From Candidatus Firestoneibacteriota bacterium (GTDB lineage Bacteria > Oederibacteriota > D2-FULL-39-29 > JBBTED01): a stretch of 45,313 nucleotides of DNA. Below the pieces are notes generated by a model. It searched no databases. It saw nothing but the letters and a program-made list of their open reading frames with translations, and was not told the origin of the DNA. Shown in pieces: positions 17,648 through 29,403 of this stretch. The stretch covers positions 1-45,313 of the forward strand of contig JBBTED010000150.1 of the NCBI GenBank assembly GCA_038042445.1, read 5' to 3'. Both the position numbers and the translations under genes were made by a program. How positions within the stretch are numbered: the first letter of the stretch is position 1; each line of letters opens with the position of its first letter.

Positions 17648-18853
17648 CTATTTCAATTTTAAGACTTTAACTTTAGTTCCTGCAGGAATTAAATCCAAAT
17701 TTTCAGGAATAACAATCAATGAATTCGCCTGAACCATTGATTTTAAAACTCCTGAACCCTGAAATCCCGTTGGAGAAACAAAATATTCCCCATCCTGCCA
17801 ATTTAGATTTCCCCTTATAAAATCTAATCTTCCACGTTTATGTTTAATTTCACATTTCGCAACAGCAGATACTTCTTCTCTGAAACAATCTTTTCGTCCC
17901 ATCATTAAAAGCAAAGCCGGTCTTATGAATAATTCATAAGTAACCATCACAGAAACTGGGTTTCCCGGTAAACCAAATACTAATTTGTCTTTAAATTTTC
18001 CAAAAAATACAGGCATTCCAGGTTTAATCGCAACTTTCCAGAAAATTTCTTTTATTTTTAATTTTTCAAATACTCTTTTTACAAAATCATAATCCCCAAC
18101 TGAAATACCACCTGAAACTATTAATACATCATATTTCAAACCTTTCTGAACTTCTCTTGTTAATTTTTCTTCTACATCTCTACATATTGGAAATTTAACA
18201 GGAGCAGCACCTGCTTCAGTAACTTGTGCATTTAAAGAATAACTATTTGAATCTCTTATTTTACCTTTTGTTAGAGATTTACTTATATCAACTAATTCAG
18301 AACCTGTTGGCAAAATTGCTACATAAGGTTTTTTATATAATTTTACTTCTTTCTTCCCAAGTGCTGCAAACATACCTATATGTGCAGGCCCAAGCAAACT
18401 TCCTTTTTCCATAACAAGCTCACCTTTTTGGACATCCTCACCTATAGGTGCAATATTAGTGCCTTGCTTATATGTTTTTAAAATCCTGACATAAAAACCA
18501 TCAACTTGAACATCTTCTATAGGAACTACAATATCAGCACCTGATGGAACAGGAGCCCCAGTCATTATACGCACAGCTTCACCTATTTTAAGTTCTCGTT
18601 TAAAAGTTTTTCCAGCAGGCAAATCAGCAATTATCTTCAAAGAAACACAATTTTTGCCATTTAAATCCACTATATCTTTATATCTTATAGCAAATCCATC
18701 CATTGCAGATTTAGAAAAAGGTGGTATATTAATATTAGAATATATATTTTCCCCTAATATACGACCAAGAACAAAACTAATATTAATTTTTTCCAAAGAT
18801 AACTGTCTGACATTTTTCAAAATTATTTTTTGTGCCTCTTTAAATTTTATCAT
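17648..18853 (-). CDS. moeA: Molybdopterin molybdotransferase
   Basis: SAMDGFA, RIMTGAP, TGSEL, SGGISVGDYD, GLPGNPVS. Confidence 0.95.
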   Translation of the reverse strand: MIKFKEAQKIILKNVRQLSLEKINISFVLGRILGENIYSNINIPPFSKSAMDGFAIRYKDIVDLNGKNCVSLKIIADLPAGKTFKRELKIGEAVRIMTGAPVPSGADIVVPIEDVQVDGFYVRILKTYKQGTNIAPIGEDVQKGELVMEKGSLLGPAHIGMFAALGKKEVKLYKKPYVAILPTGSELVDISKSLTKGKIRDSNSYSLNAQVTEAGAAPVKFPICRDVEEKLTREVQKGLKYDVLIVSGGISVGDYDFVKRVFEKLKIKEIFWKVAIKPGMPVFFGKFKDKLVFGLPGNPVSVMVTYELFIRPALLLMMGRKDCFREEVSAVAKCEIKHKRGRLDFIRGNLNWQDGEYFVSPTGFQGSGVLKSMVQANSLIVIPENLDLIPAGTKVKVLKLK

Positions 18854-18864
18854 TTATGTTTTAA

Positions 18865-18893
18865 ATTGTATCAAAAAGAAATGCCTTACTCAA
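18865..18893 (-). promoter_or_regulatory. Candidate moeA promoter
   Basis: TTGAGT-17 nt-TACAAT with TGn extension, ending 11 nt before the ATG. Confidence 0.5.
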
Positions 18894-18909
18894 GAAATTT
18901 TCTATTATC

Positions 18910-18930
18910 GCCTCTAAAGAGGCTTCTACA
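18910..18930 (-). repeat. GTAG-type REP hairpin
   Basis: GCCTCT-AA-AGAGGC-TT-CTACA. Confidence 0.6.
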
Positions 18931-18942
18931 TAACTACATATA

Positions 18943-20088
18943 TTACACCATATCTAATTCACTTATATAAAAATCTAATGGAAAAATTGTGTCCAAAACA
19001 GGGCCTGCTTTGGAGAAATCAAACATTTTAGATGGAGACATTAATCCAAAAAGCAAACGTACCATTTCATGTTCATTTAGAGCAACTTTATTTTGAACTT
19101 CCTTATCTATTATTTTAATTTTCCTACCTATATCAAGAGTAACATTTTGATCTGTTTCCCACATTTCAAGTGTGACAACACCTGAAATTCTACTATTTAA
19201 TTCATCTCTTTTTATCTGCATCTGTGGCAAAAACTTCGAAAGAGTTGACTTCAAATTCAGTATTTTTACCTTAGCAATTGGATGAATCTCGTAAGAAGTA
19301 GCACCTTTTAAAATAACATTACTTAAACAAGAAAAAACATACGGACTACAAGCAGTTAGTGATTCCAAATTGTATATTTCAAACAAATATTTGATTATAT
19401 CAGACAAACTTGTTGACATACCTCCATATTCTTGTATTTTTCGCGTATTCCCTTCCCCAGTTAAAGTCAGATAACTCAATATTTGATTATCCTGAACAGC
19501 CAAATATGTTTCATGCTTTTTTCTGTTAAAAACTAAGTTGTAATCTCTTTTTGTATGTTTAACATTGAATATTTCTTTTTCATGCATTCTCATCATTTTT
19601 TGCAAATCTTTTTGCTCACCATCATATTTTCTAATACGGGTTTTAATAGCAGGATATACCAAAACAGAACGTTTGCTTAACGTATATAAAACTCTTCTCC
19701 CACCTATTTCCCATCCAAAATTTCCATAACGTTTTCTATCTCCCCATAAAAAAGATATTTCATATTTTCGCTTTTTCATTTCCAATATAGCAGCATTTAT
19801 TAATTTAGTCATTAAACCATGACCACGATATGCATCATCTGTAGAAACTCCGCCTATACCACCACAATTCAAAATATTACCCTGAACAATAATTTTCATT
19901 GGAAATATTCCAATATGAGCTATGATTTTGCCCTTGTCTTTTATGATTAAACTATTTTTCATAAACTTTTCATCATCGCATCTAAAAACATGACAATATT
20001 CTTTTTCCATATCTTTTTTGAAAATTTTATTTAGAAATTCTATTAGTTCATCAAATTCACTTTTCTCAAGAACTTTTATTTCATCCAT
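18943..20088 (-). CDS. Eis-like GNAT acetyltransferase
   Basis: GIGGVSTDDAYRGHGLM acetyl-CoA motif, YGNFGWE; 381-aa length fits Eis-like proteins. Confidence 0.8.
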   Translation of the reverse strand: MDEIKVLEKSEFDELIEFLNKIFKKDMEKEYCHVFRCDDEKFMKNSLIIKDKGKIIAHIGIFPMKIIVQGNILNCGGIGGVSTDDAYRGHGLMTKLINAAILEMKKRKYEISFLWGDRKRYGNFGWEIGGRRVLYTLSKRSVLVYPAIKTRIRKYDGEQKDLQKMMRMHEKEIFNVKHTKRDYNLVFNRKKHETYLAVQDNQILSYLTLTGEGNTRKIQEYGGMSTSLSDIIKYLFEIYNLESLTACSPYVFSCLSNVILKGATSYEIHPIAKVKILNLKSTLSKFLPQMQIKRDELNSRISGVVTLEMWETDQNVTLDIGRKIKIIDKEVQNKVALNEHEMVRLLFGLMSPSKMFDFSKAGPVLDTIFPLDFYISELDMV

Positions 20089-20109
20089 AATTTATCTCCT
20101 TCATTTTTT

Positions 20110-20176
20110 GGTAGCACAGGGTCTTTAGACCCTGCAGATTCTTTATTTATGAATGGTCTAAAGACCATTCATTACC
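20110..20176. repeat. Inverted REP doublet (REPIN-like)
   Basis: GGTAGCACAGGGTCTTTAGACCCTG ... GAATGGTCTAAAGACCATTCATTACC. Confidence 0.75.
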
Positions 20177-20190
20177 ATTTTTTACAGCAT

Positions 20191-22287
20191 TTAACTGACT
20201 GCAGCAAGTTCTATATCTTTTTTGAAAGATTTATCCAGTTTTTCCTTTAACAATTTGTGTTCCGATTTCGAAAGTGCAGGATCTGCTTCCATTAAATCAA
20301 AAGCAAATTTCCGTGCTTTTTCAAGTATATCAATATCTTTACCAATATTCACCATTTTTAAATCCAATTCACCATGTTGTTTTATACCAAACAATTCCCC
20401 GGGGCCTCTAAGTCTTAAATCTTCTTCTGCTATTTCAAAACCATCATTTGTCCGCTCCATTATTTTCATTCTTGCAACTGCATCAGAAGAGATATTCCAG
20501 CTGGTTAAAAGAGTGCAATACGATTTCTCACTTCCTCTACCTACTCTCCCCCTTAATTGATGCAACTGTGCCAAACCAAATCTTTCAGCATGTTCTATAA
20601 CTATTACAGAAACATTGGATACATCTATACCAACTTCAATAACTGTAGTTGATATCAAAATATTAATTTCTTTATTTTTAAATGCTTTCATTATTTCTTC
20701 TTTTTCTTTTCCAGATAATCTGCCATGCATTAACCCAACTTTAAACTCTGAAAAAATATCTTTTTGAAGATGCGCTGCCATAGACACAGCTGATTTAAGC
20801 TCAGATTTATCTGATTCTTCCACAAGAGGATAAACCATATATACTTGTTGCCCAAGCTTTAATTTGTCTCTTAAAAATTCATACATCTCTTCTCTTCTTT
20901 TTTCACTCAACCACTTAGTAAATATTGACATTCTCCCTGGCGGCATTTCGTCAATCACTGATAAATCCGTATCACCATACAGTGTAAGAACTAATGCTCT
21001 TGGAAAAGGTGTAGCAGTCATCATCAGACAATCCGGATATTTTCCTTTTTTTTCTAAAGCCAACCTTTGCAATACTCCAAATTTATGCCTTTCATCAATT
21101 ATCATCAAACCTAATTCTTTAAATAAAATTTCTTCTTCCAATAAAGCATGTGTTCCAATCAAAATATTAATTTCTCCAGTTTTTAATTTTTTCAATATTT
21201 CTTTTCTCAATGCAGTTTTTGTAGAACCTGTCAAAAGTGCTACGGACACAGACAATCCTTTTAGAAAATTCAAAAAATTACTGTAGTGCTGCTCTGCAAG
21301 TATCTCTGTGGGAGCCATAACAACACCCTGATACCCACTATCAACTGCAACCAAAAGTGAAATAAGTGCCACAATTGTTTTACCTGACCCCACATCACCT
21401 TGTAACAAACGATTCATAGGCTGTGGTTTAGCCAAATCATTTTTAATTTCGTCTACAACTCTTATTTGTGCATTAGTAAGTTTAAATGGAATTGTTTTTT
21501 TAAAACTTTCAATCAATCCCCCATTAAATCTGTATTGTCTATTTTTAATTTTTTCACCAATAGCCTTTTTCCTTAAACACAAAAAAATCTGCAACATAAA
21601 CAACTCATCAAATGCAAGTCTATATTTTGCTTTTTCAAGTTTTTCCAAAGATTCTGGAAAATGAGCTTCTTCTACAGCATTTTTGTATCCAATTAAATCT
21701 GCATCTTTAAGAATATACTGAGGCAATGGGTCCAAAAGTTTATCTGAATATTTTTCAACTGCAGATTTTAATATTAACCGTAATTGTTCTTGAATTAAAA
21801 TTTTTGTTGCATGGTAAAATGGTACAATTTTCTCCTGTTCAATTTCAATATTATCTACCTCTGCAAGAAATTCATAAGTACCTGTGCGCCCTACAATTTG
21901 TTTTCCCCACCTTGTAATTTCAACAGCATCTTTTATAATAACTTTTTTGCCTATTGCAAATTCTTTCTTTAAATATGGTCTGTTAAACCACACCCATATC
22001 AATTCATCTGTTTTATCGCTAAGCAATACTTTTATTATACTGCGTCGTATTTTCTTTATTTCTGTAACTGCAAGAATTTGAGCCTTTATAAATACTTCAG
22101 TATTTGACTTAACCTTTGATATTGGTGTAATAATTTTATTATATATATGCCATTTAGGGAAATATGCAAGTAAGTCTTCAGTAGTCTGGACACCAAAATA
22201 TCTAAATGATGCCACTCTGTGTGGGCCAACACCCTTAATAAACTGAACAGAATCCTGCATAGGATTTTTACTTGTTAATAGTTGCAT
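20191..22287 (-). CDS. recG: ATP-dependent DNA helicase RecG
   Basis: [46 protein letters not shown]. Confidence 0.97.
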   Translation of the reverse strand: MQLLTSKNPMQDSVQFIKGVGPHRVASFRYFGVQTTEDLLAYFPKWHIYNKIITPISKVKSNTEVFIKAQILAVTEIKKIRRSIIKVLLSDKTDELIWVWFNRPYLKKEFAIGKKVIIKDAVEITRWGKQIVGRTGTYEFLAEVDNIEIEQEKIVPFYHATKILIQEQLRLILKSAVEKYSDKLLDPLPQYILKDADLIGYKNAVEEAHFPESLEKLEKAKYRLAFDELFMLQIFLCLRKKAIGEKIKNRQYRFNGGLIESFKKTIPFKLTNAQIRVVDEIKNDLAKPQPMNRLLQGDVGSGKTIVALISLLVAVDSGYQGVVMAPTEILAEQHYSNFLNFLKGLSVSVALLTGSTKTALRKEILKKLKTGEINILIGTHALLEEEILFKELGLMIIDERHKFGVLQRLALEKKGKYPDCLMMTATPFPRALVLTLYGDTDLSVIDEMPPGRMSIFTKWLSEKRREEMYEFLRDKLKLGQQVYMVYPLVEESDKSELKSAVSMAAHLQKDIFSEFKVGLMHGRLSGKEKEEIMKAFKNKEINILISTTVIEVGIDVSNVSVIVIEHAERFGLAQLHQLRGRVGRGSEKSYCTLLTSWNISSDAVARMKIMERTNDGFEIAEEDLRLRGPGELFGIKQHGELDLKMVNIGKDIDILEKARKFAFDLMEADPALSKSEHKLLKEKLDKSFKKDIELAAVS

Positions 22288-22308
22288 TTTTGCGATTTAT
22301 TTGTTATT

Positions 22309-22337
22309 ATTATATTCCATAAAAAGTATACATTCAA
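22309..22337 (-). promoter_or_regulatory. Candidate recG promoter
   Basis: TTGAAT-17 nt-TATAAT. Confidence 0.55.
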
Positions 22338-22345
22338 TTAAAAAC

Positions 22346-22408
22346 TGTAGTTGAATCGCTGATAAATCAGCAACTACAATTAAATTAGTAGATGCCGATT
22401 CATCGGCA
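22346..22408. repeat. Two GC(C/T)GAT..ATC(G/A)GC REP copies in opposite orientation
   Basis: GCTGATAAATCAGCAACTACA 22358-22378 and GTAGATGCCGATTCATCGGCA 22388-22408. Confidence 0.75.
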
Positions 22409-22428
22409 TATAAAAAGGAGTAATTACT

Positions 22429-22623
22429 ATGTCAAGACAATGCACAATATGTGGCAAAAAACCACTAACTGGAAATATGGTAAGCCATTCTAAAAGACAT
22501 ACAAAAAAAAGGAGTATGCCAAATCTTCAAAGAGTAAAAACTATTATTAAAGGCGTACACCAGCATATATCTGTCTGCACAAGATGTCTTCGTTCAGGAA
22601 AAGTAGTAAAAGCAATAGCTTAA
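22429..22623 (+). CDS. rpmB: 50S ribosomal protein L28 (Cys-containing type)
   Basis: [35 protein letters not shown] ribosome-binding site. Confidence 0.97.
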   Translation: MSRQCTICGKKPLTGNMVSHSKRHTKKRSMPNLQRVKTIIKGVHQHISVCTRCLRSGKVVKAIA

Positions 22624-23003
22624 CCAAAACATACAATTGCATCGATTTCTATATTTACAGCTTTAGGCAAGTTAGATACTTCTATTGTAGTGCGTGCTGG
22701 AGGTTCGCTTGCAAAATATGTTTCATAAACTTGATTTACAAATTTAAACTCCTCTATATCTTTTAGATATATTGTAACTTTCACTACATCGTTTAATGTT
22801 AAACCTTGTGATTCAACAATTGCTTTAATATTATCCAAAACCCTACGCGTTTGTATCTCAACATTTCCATAAAGGACACGGCCATTCGTTGGGTCTATTG
22901 GTATTTGCCCAGATATAAACAAAAAATTTCCGGCTTTTACAGCCTGAGAATACGGACCCACTGCTTTAGGCGCGTTTTCTATATTAATAATTTCTTTAGC
23001 CAT
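22620..23003 (-). CDS. ridA: RidA enamine/imine deaminase
   Basis: [27 protein letters not shown]. Confidence 0.93.
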   Translation of the reverse strand: MAKEIINIENAPKAVGPYSQAVKAGNFLFISGQIPIDPTNGRVLYGNVEIQTRRVLDNIKAIVESQGLTLNDVVKVTIYLKDIEEFKFVNQVYETYFASEPPARTTIEVSNLPKAVNIEIDAIVCFG

Positions 23004-24474
23004 TAGCTTTCCTCCCCATTTCTAAATTTTCTATCGCTTTAAACCAATGTTTAATTTTACTTTTCGCCTTAGATGTTTTTACGAATTTAAGCCAGTCTCT
23101 ACTTGGATTATGAGAAGCTGAAGTTATTATTTCAACTATATCTCCATTTTTTAATTCATATTTTAATGGCACCATTTTACTATTTACTTTTGCACCCATA
23201 CAATGTTCACCAACATCTGAATGTATACTATATGCAAAATCAACAGAAGTTGCACCTTTTGGCAAATCTTTAACATCACCTTTTGGAGTAAATACAAATA
23301 CTTCATCACTAAACAAATCAACCTTTAATGCCTCCATAAATTCTCTTGAATCTTTTAATTCCTTATGCCATTCAATTATCTGACGCAACCATGCTAATTT
23401 GGACTCTAATTTTTCATCTCGCTTCCCGGATTCTTTATAATACCAATGCGATGATATTCCCACTTCTGCCACTTTATGCATTTCTACTGTTCTTATTTGA
23501 ACTTCTAAAGGAATACCTTTTGGTCCTATCACAGTAGAATGTAATGACTGATACATATTGGATTTAGGCATTGCTATATAATCTTTGAAGTGACCTGGAA
23601 TCGGCTTCCACAAAGCATGTATAACACCCAAAACACTATAACAGTCTGTTTTAGAATCAACAACAACCCGCAATGCTATAAGGTCATATATTTCATCAAA
23701 GGATTTATTTTCTTTCTGTATCTTTTGATAAATACTGTAAAAATGTTTTGCTCTACCTTCTAAATTAGATTTTATACCTGTTTCTTTTAATTTTTCCTCA
23801 AGAATTTTTTTTGCTTCCTCTATTAACACCTCTCGGAGAACACGTTTCATTGCTACTTTCTCTGCTAATTCATGATAAACTTCAGGATATAAATACCGCA
23901 ATGACAAATCCTCTAATTCCCATTTTATTTTTCCCATTCCCAATCTATGAGCCAATGGAGCATATATTTCCAAAGTCTCTTGTGCATTTTCTTTTCTCTT
24001 ATCTTCCTCCAGATATTCTAAAGTACGCATATTATGCAATCTATCCACAAGTTTAATAATAATAACTCTTATATCTTTTGCCATAGCAAGCAACATTTTC
24101 CTAAAATTATCTGCTTGCTGTTGCTCTGTAGTATGAGGATGCAATTTAAAAGAAAGTTTTGTAACCCCATCTACTAAACTTGTAATTTCCTCGCCAACAC
24201 TTTTTTTTAAATCATCAGTATTTAATGCTGATTCTTCAATCGTATCATGCAATAAACCAGCACAAACAGTAGAAACATCGAGTTTTAAATCAATAAGCAT
24301 ATTAGCAACAGCTAAACAGTGAGATATATATGGTTCTTCTGATAAACGTTTCTGATTTTCATGAGCTAATTGAGCGAGTTCATAAGAAGCTATAATTTTT
24401 GAAGTATCGGCTTGTGGCAAATATTCTTTAATTTTGGATATAATGTTTTCTACAGTCATAAATAATCTGCACAA
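22996..24474 (-). CDS. rel: RelA/SpoT homologue (HD, synthetase, TGS), lacking the C-terminal ZFD/ACT domains
   Basis: [41 protein letters not shown]; stops at about 490 aa. Confidence 0.9.
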   Translation of the reverse strand: MCRLFMTVENIISKIKEYLPQADTSKIIASYELAQLAHENQKRLSEEPYISHCLAVANMLIDLKLDVSTVCAGLLHDTIEESALNTDDLKKSVGEEITSLVDGVTKLSFKLHPHTTEQQQADNFRKMLLAMAKDIRVIIIKLVDRLHNMRTLEYLEEDKRKENAQETLEIYAPLAHRLGMGKIKWELEDLSLRYLYPEVYHELAEKVAMKRVLREVLIEEAKKILEEKLKETGIKSNLEGRAKHFYSIYQKIQKENKSFDEIYDLIALRVVVDSKTDCYSVLGVIHALWKPIPGHFKDYIAMPKSNMYQSLHSTVIGPKGIPLEVQIRTVEMHKVAEVGISSHWYYKESGKRDEKLESKLAWLRQIIEWHKELKDSREFMEALKVDLFSDEVFVFTPKGDVKDLPKGATSVDFAYSIHSDVGEHCMGAKVNSKMVPLKYELKNGDIVEIITSASHNPSRDWLKFVKTSKAKSKIKHWFKAIENLEMGRKANG

Positions 24475-24516
24475 CTCCCCCTATCCCCCTCTTTAGCAAA
24501 GCGGGGGTTGTGGGAG
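24474..24516. repeat. CCCCC family element
   Basis: ACTCCCCCTATCCCCCTCTTTAGCAAAGCGGGGG. Confidence 0.75.
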
Positions 24517-24517
24517 T

Positions 24518-25531
24518 TTATTTGTATTTTGTTAGAAATACTGCAAATGCTGCAAGAATTGCACTTATCAGGTATAAAATAACAACTGCTTGTTTTTGCG
24601 AAAATCCGATTGCTAGTAATTGATGATGAAAATGTTTTTTGTCCGGCATAGAAATAGGAGTTTTTTTCTTAATCCTGCGTATAATTGCATAACCAGTATC
24701 AGCTATAGGAATAGCTACTGCAAAAAGTGGAACGAATATCGCAAATGTAGAAACTCTTTTAAACGCACCTATTATTGTTATTGAAGCTAAAATAAGCCCC
24801 AAAAACTGACTACCAGTATCCCCCATAAAAATTCTGGCTGGATTAAAATTGTATCGCAAAAAACCAAGTGCGCTTCCCACAAGTGCTAAACTTAATATTG
24901 CAGTAAATACCAAAGATTTTTGAACCATATAACCCTTAACTATTGGCAAATACTCAAGTGAAATGCAAAAAAACGTAATTGCTGTAATAATAGCTAAACC
25001 TGATGCCAACCCATCTAATCCGTCTACAAAATTAAATGAATTTATAAGAAGTACTACCCAAAATACTGTAATCCCTATACCTAAAAATGAATGTAACTCC
25101 AAAAAAGACTTGGTAAATGGCAACGTTATACCAGAAAATTTCGTTCCAAATGCCACAAGTATTAAAGCAGAAATTATCTGACCAGATAATTTTATTTTTG
25201 GAGGCAATCCAAATTTATCATCTAACATACCAACAATTACTATAACAGTACCTGCAACAAATATTCCTAATAATTGCCATCCTAAAAAATAATGTTTTAG
25301 TTCAAGTAATTTCTTAAATGAATCATTCAAAACAAACAATAGAAGTAATGATAAAAAAAAACCTGTATAGATAGCCAATCCTCCCCACCTTGGAATTATT
25401 TTATGGTGAACTTTTCGGTGAGTTGGCATATCAACAGCTTTTGCTTTTAACGCAAGTTTTTTTACAAATGGAGTTACAAAAAAACTTGCGATTAAACTAG
25501 AAACAAGTATAAACAAATGCGGTTTTGTCAT
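24518..25531 (-). CDS. WecA/TagO-like undecaprenyl-phosphate GlcNAc-1-P transferase
   Basis: [35 protein letters not shown]. Confidence 0.88.
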   Translation of the reverse strand: MTKPHLFILVSSLIASFFVTPFVKKLALKAKAVDMPTHRKVHHKIIPRWGGLAIYTGFFLSLLLLFVLNDSFKKLLELKHYFLGWQLLGIFVAGTVIVIVGMLDDKFGLPPKIKLSGQIISALILVAFGTKFSGITLPFTKSFLELHSFLGIGITVFWVVLLINSFNFVDGLDGLASGLAIITAITFFCISLEYLPIVKGYMVQKSLVFTAILSLALVGSALGFLRYNFNPARIFMGDTGSQFLGLILASITIIGAFKRVSTFAIFVPLFAVAIPIADTGYAIIRRIKKKTPISMPDKKHFHHQLLAIGFSQKQAVVILYLISAILAAFAVFLTKYK

Positions 25532-26781
25532 TTATATGGGACTGGAAATTTTTTGCAAAGGTTTTTTACTACTTCTTTTACTTCTGCTTTAATTTTTCTA
25601 CTTTTTATATTTGATAGCACACTGTAAATAAGTTGAGCAATTAATATCATTTCATCTTCCTTCATTCCCCGAGTTGTAAGTGCCGGAGTACCAAGCCTAA
25701 GCCCAGAAGTGACTTCAGGACTCAACGGATCAAATGGGATGCGATTCATATTCGCCGTAATACCCGCTTTATCCAAAGCATCAGCAGCTTCTTTGCCTGT
25801 CAATTTATTAACTCTTAAATCCATTAAAATCAAGTGATTATCTGTACCATTTGTTACTAATTTGTATCCCATCTTCATTAACTCACTTCCCAGTTTTTTA
25901 GCATTTGCAACTATTTGTTTCTGGTATGTTTTAAATTTACCACTTGAAGCTTCTTTAAATGCAACAGCTTTTGCAGCTATTACATGCATAAGAGGTCCTC
26001 CTTGAATACCTGGAAAAACCATTTTATCTATAGCCTCTGCAAATCTTCCTGCACATAATATTAAACCACCTCTTGGACCTCGCAATGTTTTGTGTGTACT
26101 TGTTGTAACAAAATCTGCATAAGGCACAGGATTTGGATGAAGACCTGCAATAACTAAACCTGATATATGTGCAATATCTGCCATAAAATAAGCACCTATT
26201 TCATCAGCTATTTCTCTAAATTTTTTAAAATCTATTATCCGAGGATATGAACTTGCACCAGCTATTATCATTTTTGGCTTATATTTTCGTGCAAGAACCC
26301 TGATAGCATCATAATCAATAAGTTCAGTTTTTTCATCTACATAATAGCTAACTGATTTAAAACACTTGCCTGAAAAATTAACTTTTGCACCATGAGTAAT
26401 ATGACCACCGGATGAAAGATTCATTCCCATTATAACATCATCAAGCTCAAGCATTGATAAAAGCACTGCCATATTAGCCTGAGAACCAGAATGTGGCTGA
26501 ACATTTACATGTTGTGCACCAAAAAGCTGTTTTGCTCTGTCAATTGCCAATTTTTCTATTTCATCAATGTTTTCACAACCCTCATAGTAACGTTTAGATG
26601 GATAACCTTCAGCATATTTATTTGTTAAACCAGAACCTTGTGCACAAAGTATAGCAGCACTAACATAATTTTCTGATGCTATTAACCTAAGTTTTTCATT
26701 CTCACGTTTTTTTTCGTTTTCAATCATCCTGGCTATTACAGGATCTGCTTTTCTTAAAATATCCATATTTTCTCCAATCAT
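25528..26781 (-). CDS. glyA: Serine hydroxymethyltransferase
   Basis: [37 protein letters not shown]. Confidence 0.98.
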   Translation of the reverse strand: MIGENMDILRKADPVIARMIENEKKRENEKLRLIASENYVSAAILCAQGSGLTNKYAEGYPSKRYYEGCENIDEIEKLAIDRAKQLFGAQHVNVQPHSGSQANMAVLLSMLELDDVIMGMNLSSGGHITHGAKVNFSGKCFKSVSYYVDEKTELIDYDAIRVLARKYKPKMIIAGASSYPRIIDFKKFREIADEIGAYFMADIAHISGLVIAGLHPNPVPYADFVTTSTHKTLRGPRGGLILCAGRFAEAIDKMVFPGIQGGPLMHVIAAKAVAFKEASSGKFKTYQKQIVANAKKLGSELMKMGYKLVTNGTDNHLILMDLRVNKLTGKEAADALDKAGITANMNRIPFDPLSPEVTSGLRLGTPALTTRGMKEDEMILIAQLIYSVLSNIKSRKIKAEVKEVVKNLCKKFPVPYK

Positions 26782-27230
26782 TTACAATATTTTCTTTCAA
26801 TATCACTAATCTGTGATATTCTATCAGCATGGCGTTTTTCTTCTGAAAATTTTGTGTTAAGCCATACTTTTACTATTTCTTTTGCCAATCCTATTCCAAT
26901 GATTCTTCCAGCTAACACCAGTATATTTGCATCATTGTGTTCCCTACTTAATTTAGCTGTATAAACATCATTACATAACGCAGCACGTATTTTAGGAACT
27001 TTATTTGCCACTATTGACATTCCTATTCCAGAACCACAAAACAAAATACCTTTTGGATATTCACCATTTGCAACTGCATTTGCCACTTTAAATCCAAATT
27101 CCGGATAATCTACAGAATTACAACTATTTGTGCCAAAATCCTTGAATTCAATTTTTTGTTCTGCCAAATTTTTTTTTATTTCCTCTTTCAATTCAAAACT
27201 TGCATGATCACTTCCAAGTGCTATAACCAT
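26778..27230 (-). CDS. rpiB: Ribose-5-phosphate isomerase B
   Basis: [28 protein letters not shown]. Confidence 0.95.
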   Translation of the reverse strand: MVIALGSDHASFELKEEIKKNLAEQKIEFKDFGTNSCNSVDYPEFGFKVANAVANGEYPKGILFCGSGIGMSIVANKVPKIRAALCNDVYTAKLSREHNDANILVLAGRIIGIGLAKEIVKVWLNTKFSEEKRHADRISQISDIERKYCK

Positions 27231-27655
27231 TTTTCTATCACTCCCCCTAATGTTTCTTTTAATATCTTACATATATTACTATATGCATCTATAGACTCCC
27301 CAATTGGATCCTGTATTCCACCATCTTTTAATACAAAAACTTTATTTGCAGAAGAAGGACACCCACTAAGAACTTCGTCTCTTTGCAATGAAGTCATTGT
27401 AAAAATCATATTATACTTACCTATTAAATCACTTGTAATTTTTTTAGAACGATGCGCAGAAATATCTATCCCCTCTTCATTCATAACCTCAATTGCATAA
27501 TGAGAAGCTGGAAAAAATCCAAAAGCCATAGTCCCAGCAGAACCAACAGAAATTCCAGTTATACCTCTATCAGAAAGCATTTTTTTAAACAAACCTTCTG
27601 CCATAGGACTTCTACAGGTATTACCTGTACAAACGAACAAAATTGACTTTAACAT
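27221..27655 (-). CDS. Low-molecular-weight protein phosphatase (YwlE-like)
   Basis: FVCTGNTCRSPMAE (CX5R) and DP motif; sits between tsaC and rpiB, like B. subtilis ywlE. Confidence 0.88.
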   Translation of the reverse strand: MLKSILFVCTGNTCRSPMAEGLFKKMLSDRGITGISVGSAGTMAFGFFPASHYAIEVMNEEGIDISAHRSKKITSDLIGKYNMIFTMTSLQRDEVLSGCPSSANKVFVLKDGGIQDPIGESIDAYSNICKILKETLGGVIEKWL

Positions 27656-27662
27656 AATATTT

Positions 27663-27688
27663 CAATAATATTATAAATAATATTATTG
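27663..27688. promoter_or_regulatory. AT-rich 12-2-12 inverted repeat containing a minus-strand TATAAT
   Basis: CAATAATATTAT-AA-ATAATATTATTG. Confidence 0.4.
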
Positions 27689-27692
27689 GGTA

Positions 27693-28343
27693 TTACCTGT
27701 GTAAACGAACAAGATCGATTTTAGCAGCGCCATATCGTAAAATTTTAGGTGGATTAACTGTCGTATCCACCACAGTAGACTCAACTTTAATTGGAGACAC
27801 ACCCGAATCAATAATCAAATCTAACACATCTCCAAATTTTTTTGCTATTACCTTTGCATTTATTAAACTTGGCTTATCTGACATATTTGCACTTGTAAGA
27901 ACTAAAGGGCACCTAAGCATTTCAATTATTTTTAAAGGTATAGAATAATTTGGTATTCTAACACCAATATTACCTGAATCAGACACTAAATATTTTGGTG
28001 TATTTTTCTTAGCTCTTAATATTAATGTTAATGGTCCCGGCCATTTCTTTTTCATTAATTGTTTTGCATTCTCACTTATATCTTTAGCAAATTTTTTAAT
28101 GTCTTTTATATTGTTTAAAATTAATACCATAGACTTTGAATTTGATCTATTTTTAATTTTAAAAATCCTTTGCACAGCTTTCTCATTATATGCACAAGCC
28201 CCAAATCCATAAACTGTATCAGTTGGTATAGCTATAACGCCCCCTTTTTCCAAAATCAAAACCGCCTTTCTAATATCTGATTTATCTGGTTTATTCGCAT
28301 TAATATGAAGAATCTTTTTGTTATCCAAGTACTTCTGTACCAT
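27693..28343 (-). CDS. tsaC: L-threonylcarbamoyladenylate synthase
   Basis: PTDTVYG, KNR, WPGPLT, GVRIP, TSANMS, STVVD. Confidence 0.93.
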   Translation of the reverse strand: MVQKYLDNKKILHINANKPDKSDIRKAVLILEKGGVIAIPTDTVYGFGACAYNEKAVQRIFKIKNRSNSKSMVLILNNIKDIKKFAKDISENAKQLMKKKWPGPLTLILRAKKNTPKYLVSDSGNIGVRIPNYSIPLKIIEMLRCPLVLTSANMSDKPSLINAKVIAKKFGDVLDLIIDSGVSPIKVESTVVDTTVNPPKILRYGAAKIDLVRLHR

Positions 28344-29388
28344 TTTTTCTAACTACCACATCCTTTTCAAGCCTAACTCCACCCCATCCAGAAATATAAA
28401 TACCAGGTTCTACTGTTACAACCATACCTTCTTTTAATTCTTCCTTGCTTTTTCCTGATACTACAGGCAATTCATGTACTGCCATACCTATACCATGCCC
28501 CAATCCATGAGTAAAGTAATTCGCATATCCTTGTTTTTTTATAAAACCTCTTGCAATTGAATCTATATATTTCAATTTAACTCCTGGCTTAATCTTTGAA
28601 ATTGCAAGTTCCTGAGCAGTGCGTATAGTTTTAAAAATCTTTTCCTGCTTTTTATTCATTATACCAATGCACACTGTATATGTCAAATCTGAAAGGTAAT
28701 TTTTGCATACTGCCCCAAAATCTATTAATACTAATTCCTTCTCCTTAATTTTTTTTGTAGTAGCAACCCCATGAGGCAAAGCAGATCTATATCCAGATGC
28801 AACAATTATTGGAAATGCAATTTCATCAGCACCATTTTTTTTCATTTGATATTCAAGTTCTAATGCCAAATCTTTTTCCAAAACTCCCGCTTTAATTTTA
28901 CCCTTTATAGATTCAAATGATTTTTTAGCTATATCTACAGCATATTTTATATAATTTATTTCTGCTTCTGTCTTAATCATTCTTAAGTTTTCAACAATAT
29001 TTTCTGTAGGGAAAAATTTTAGGTATGGCATTTCCCCTTTTAATTTTTCATAATAATATATTGTTAAATGTTTTGCTTCAAATCCAAGTTTTTTTATTTT
29101 ATTCTTTTGCAATATGCGAGCTAATGCTTTTACTATATTTACTTTATGTATTAGTATTTCACAATTTAATATACTACCTGTTTCCAGATTTGCTTGTTGG
29201 GTATAACGTAAATCAGTTATTAAAAATATTTTTTCTGAAGTTACCACAATCCACCCAGAAGTTCCGGTAAAACCTGACAAATATTTGCGGTTTAGTGGAT
29301 CAGTTACTAAAAAAGCGTCAAATTTTTTAGTTTTAATAATGTCTTTGATATTTCTTATACGATTTTCTAATTCAGTAGTCATTGTCAT
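28321..29388 (-). CDS. Xaa-Pro aminopeptidase (M24B)
   Basis: YLSGFTG, ALPHG, DFGA..SDLT, HGLGHGIG..HE, TVEPGIY, GVRLE. Confidence 0.92.
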   Translation of the reverse strand: MTMTTELENRIRNIKDIIKTKKFDAFLVTDPLNRKYLSGFTGTSGWIVVTSEKIFLITDLRYTQQANLETGSILNCEILIHKVNIVKALARILQKNKIKKLGFEAKHLTIYYYEKLKGEMPYLKFFPTENIVENLRMIKTEAEINYIKYAVDIAKKSFESIKGKIKAGVLEKDLALELEYQMKKNGADEIAFPIIVASGYRSALPHGVATTKKIKEKELVLIDFGAVCKNYLSDLTYTVCIGIMNKKQEKIFKTIRTAQELAISKIKPGVKLKYIDSIARGFIKKQGYANYFTHGLGHGIGMAVHELPVVSGKSKEELKEGMVVTVEPGIYISGWGGVRLEKDVVVRKNGTEVLG

Positions 29389-29403
29389 AATTAAACCCCC
29401 TTA

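Noticed and set aside
8615..22287. Inteins or introns in mutS, comM or recG
   Set aside because: Lengths are near normal and there are no intein terminal motifs; the only oddity is the short MutS loop insertion
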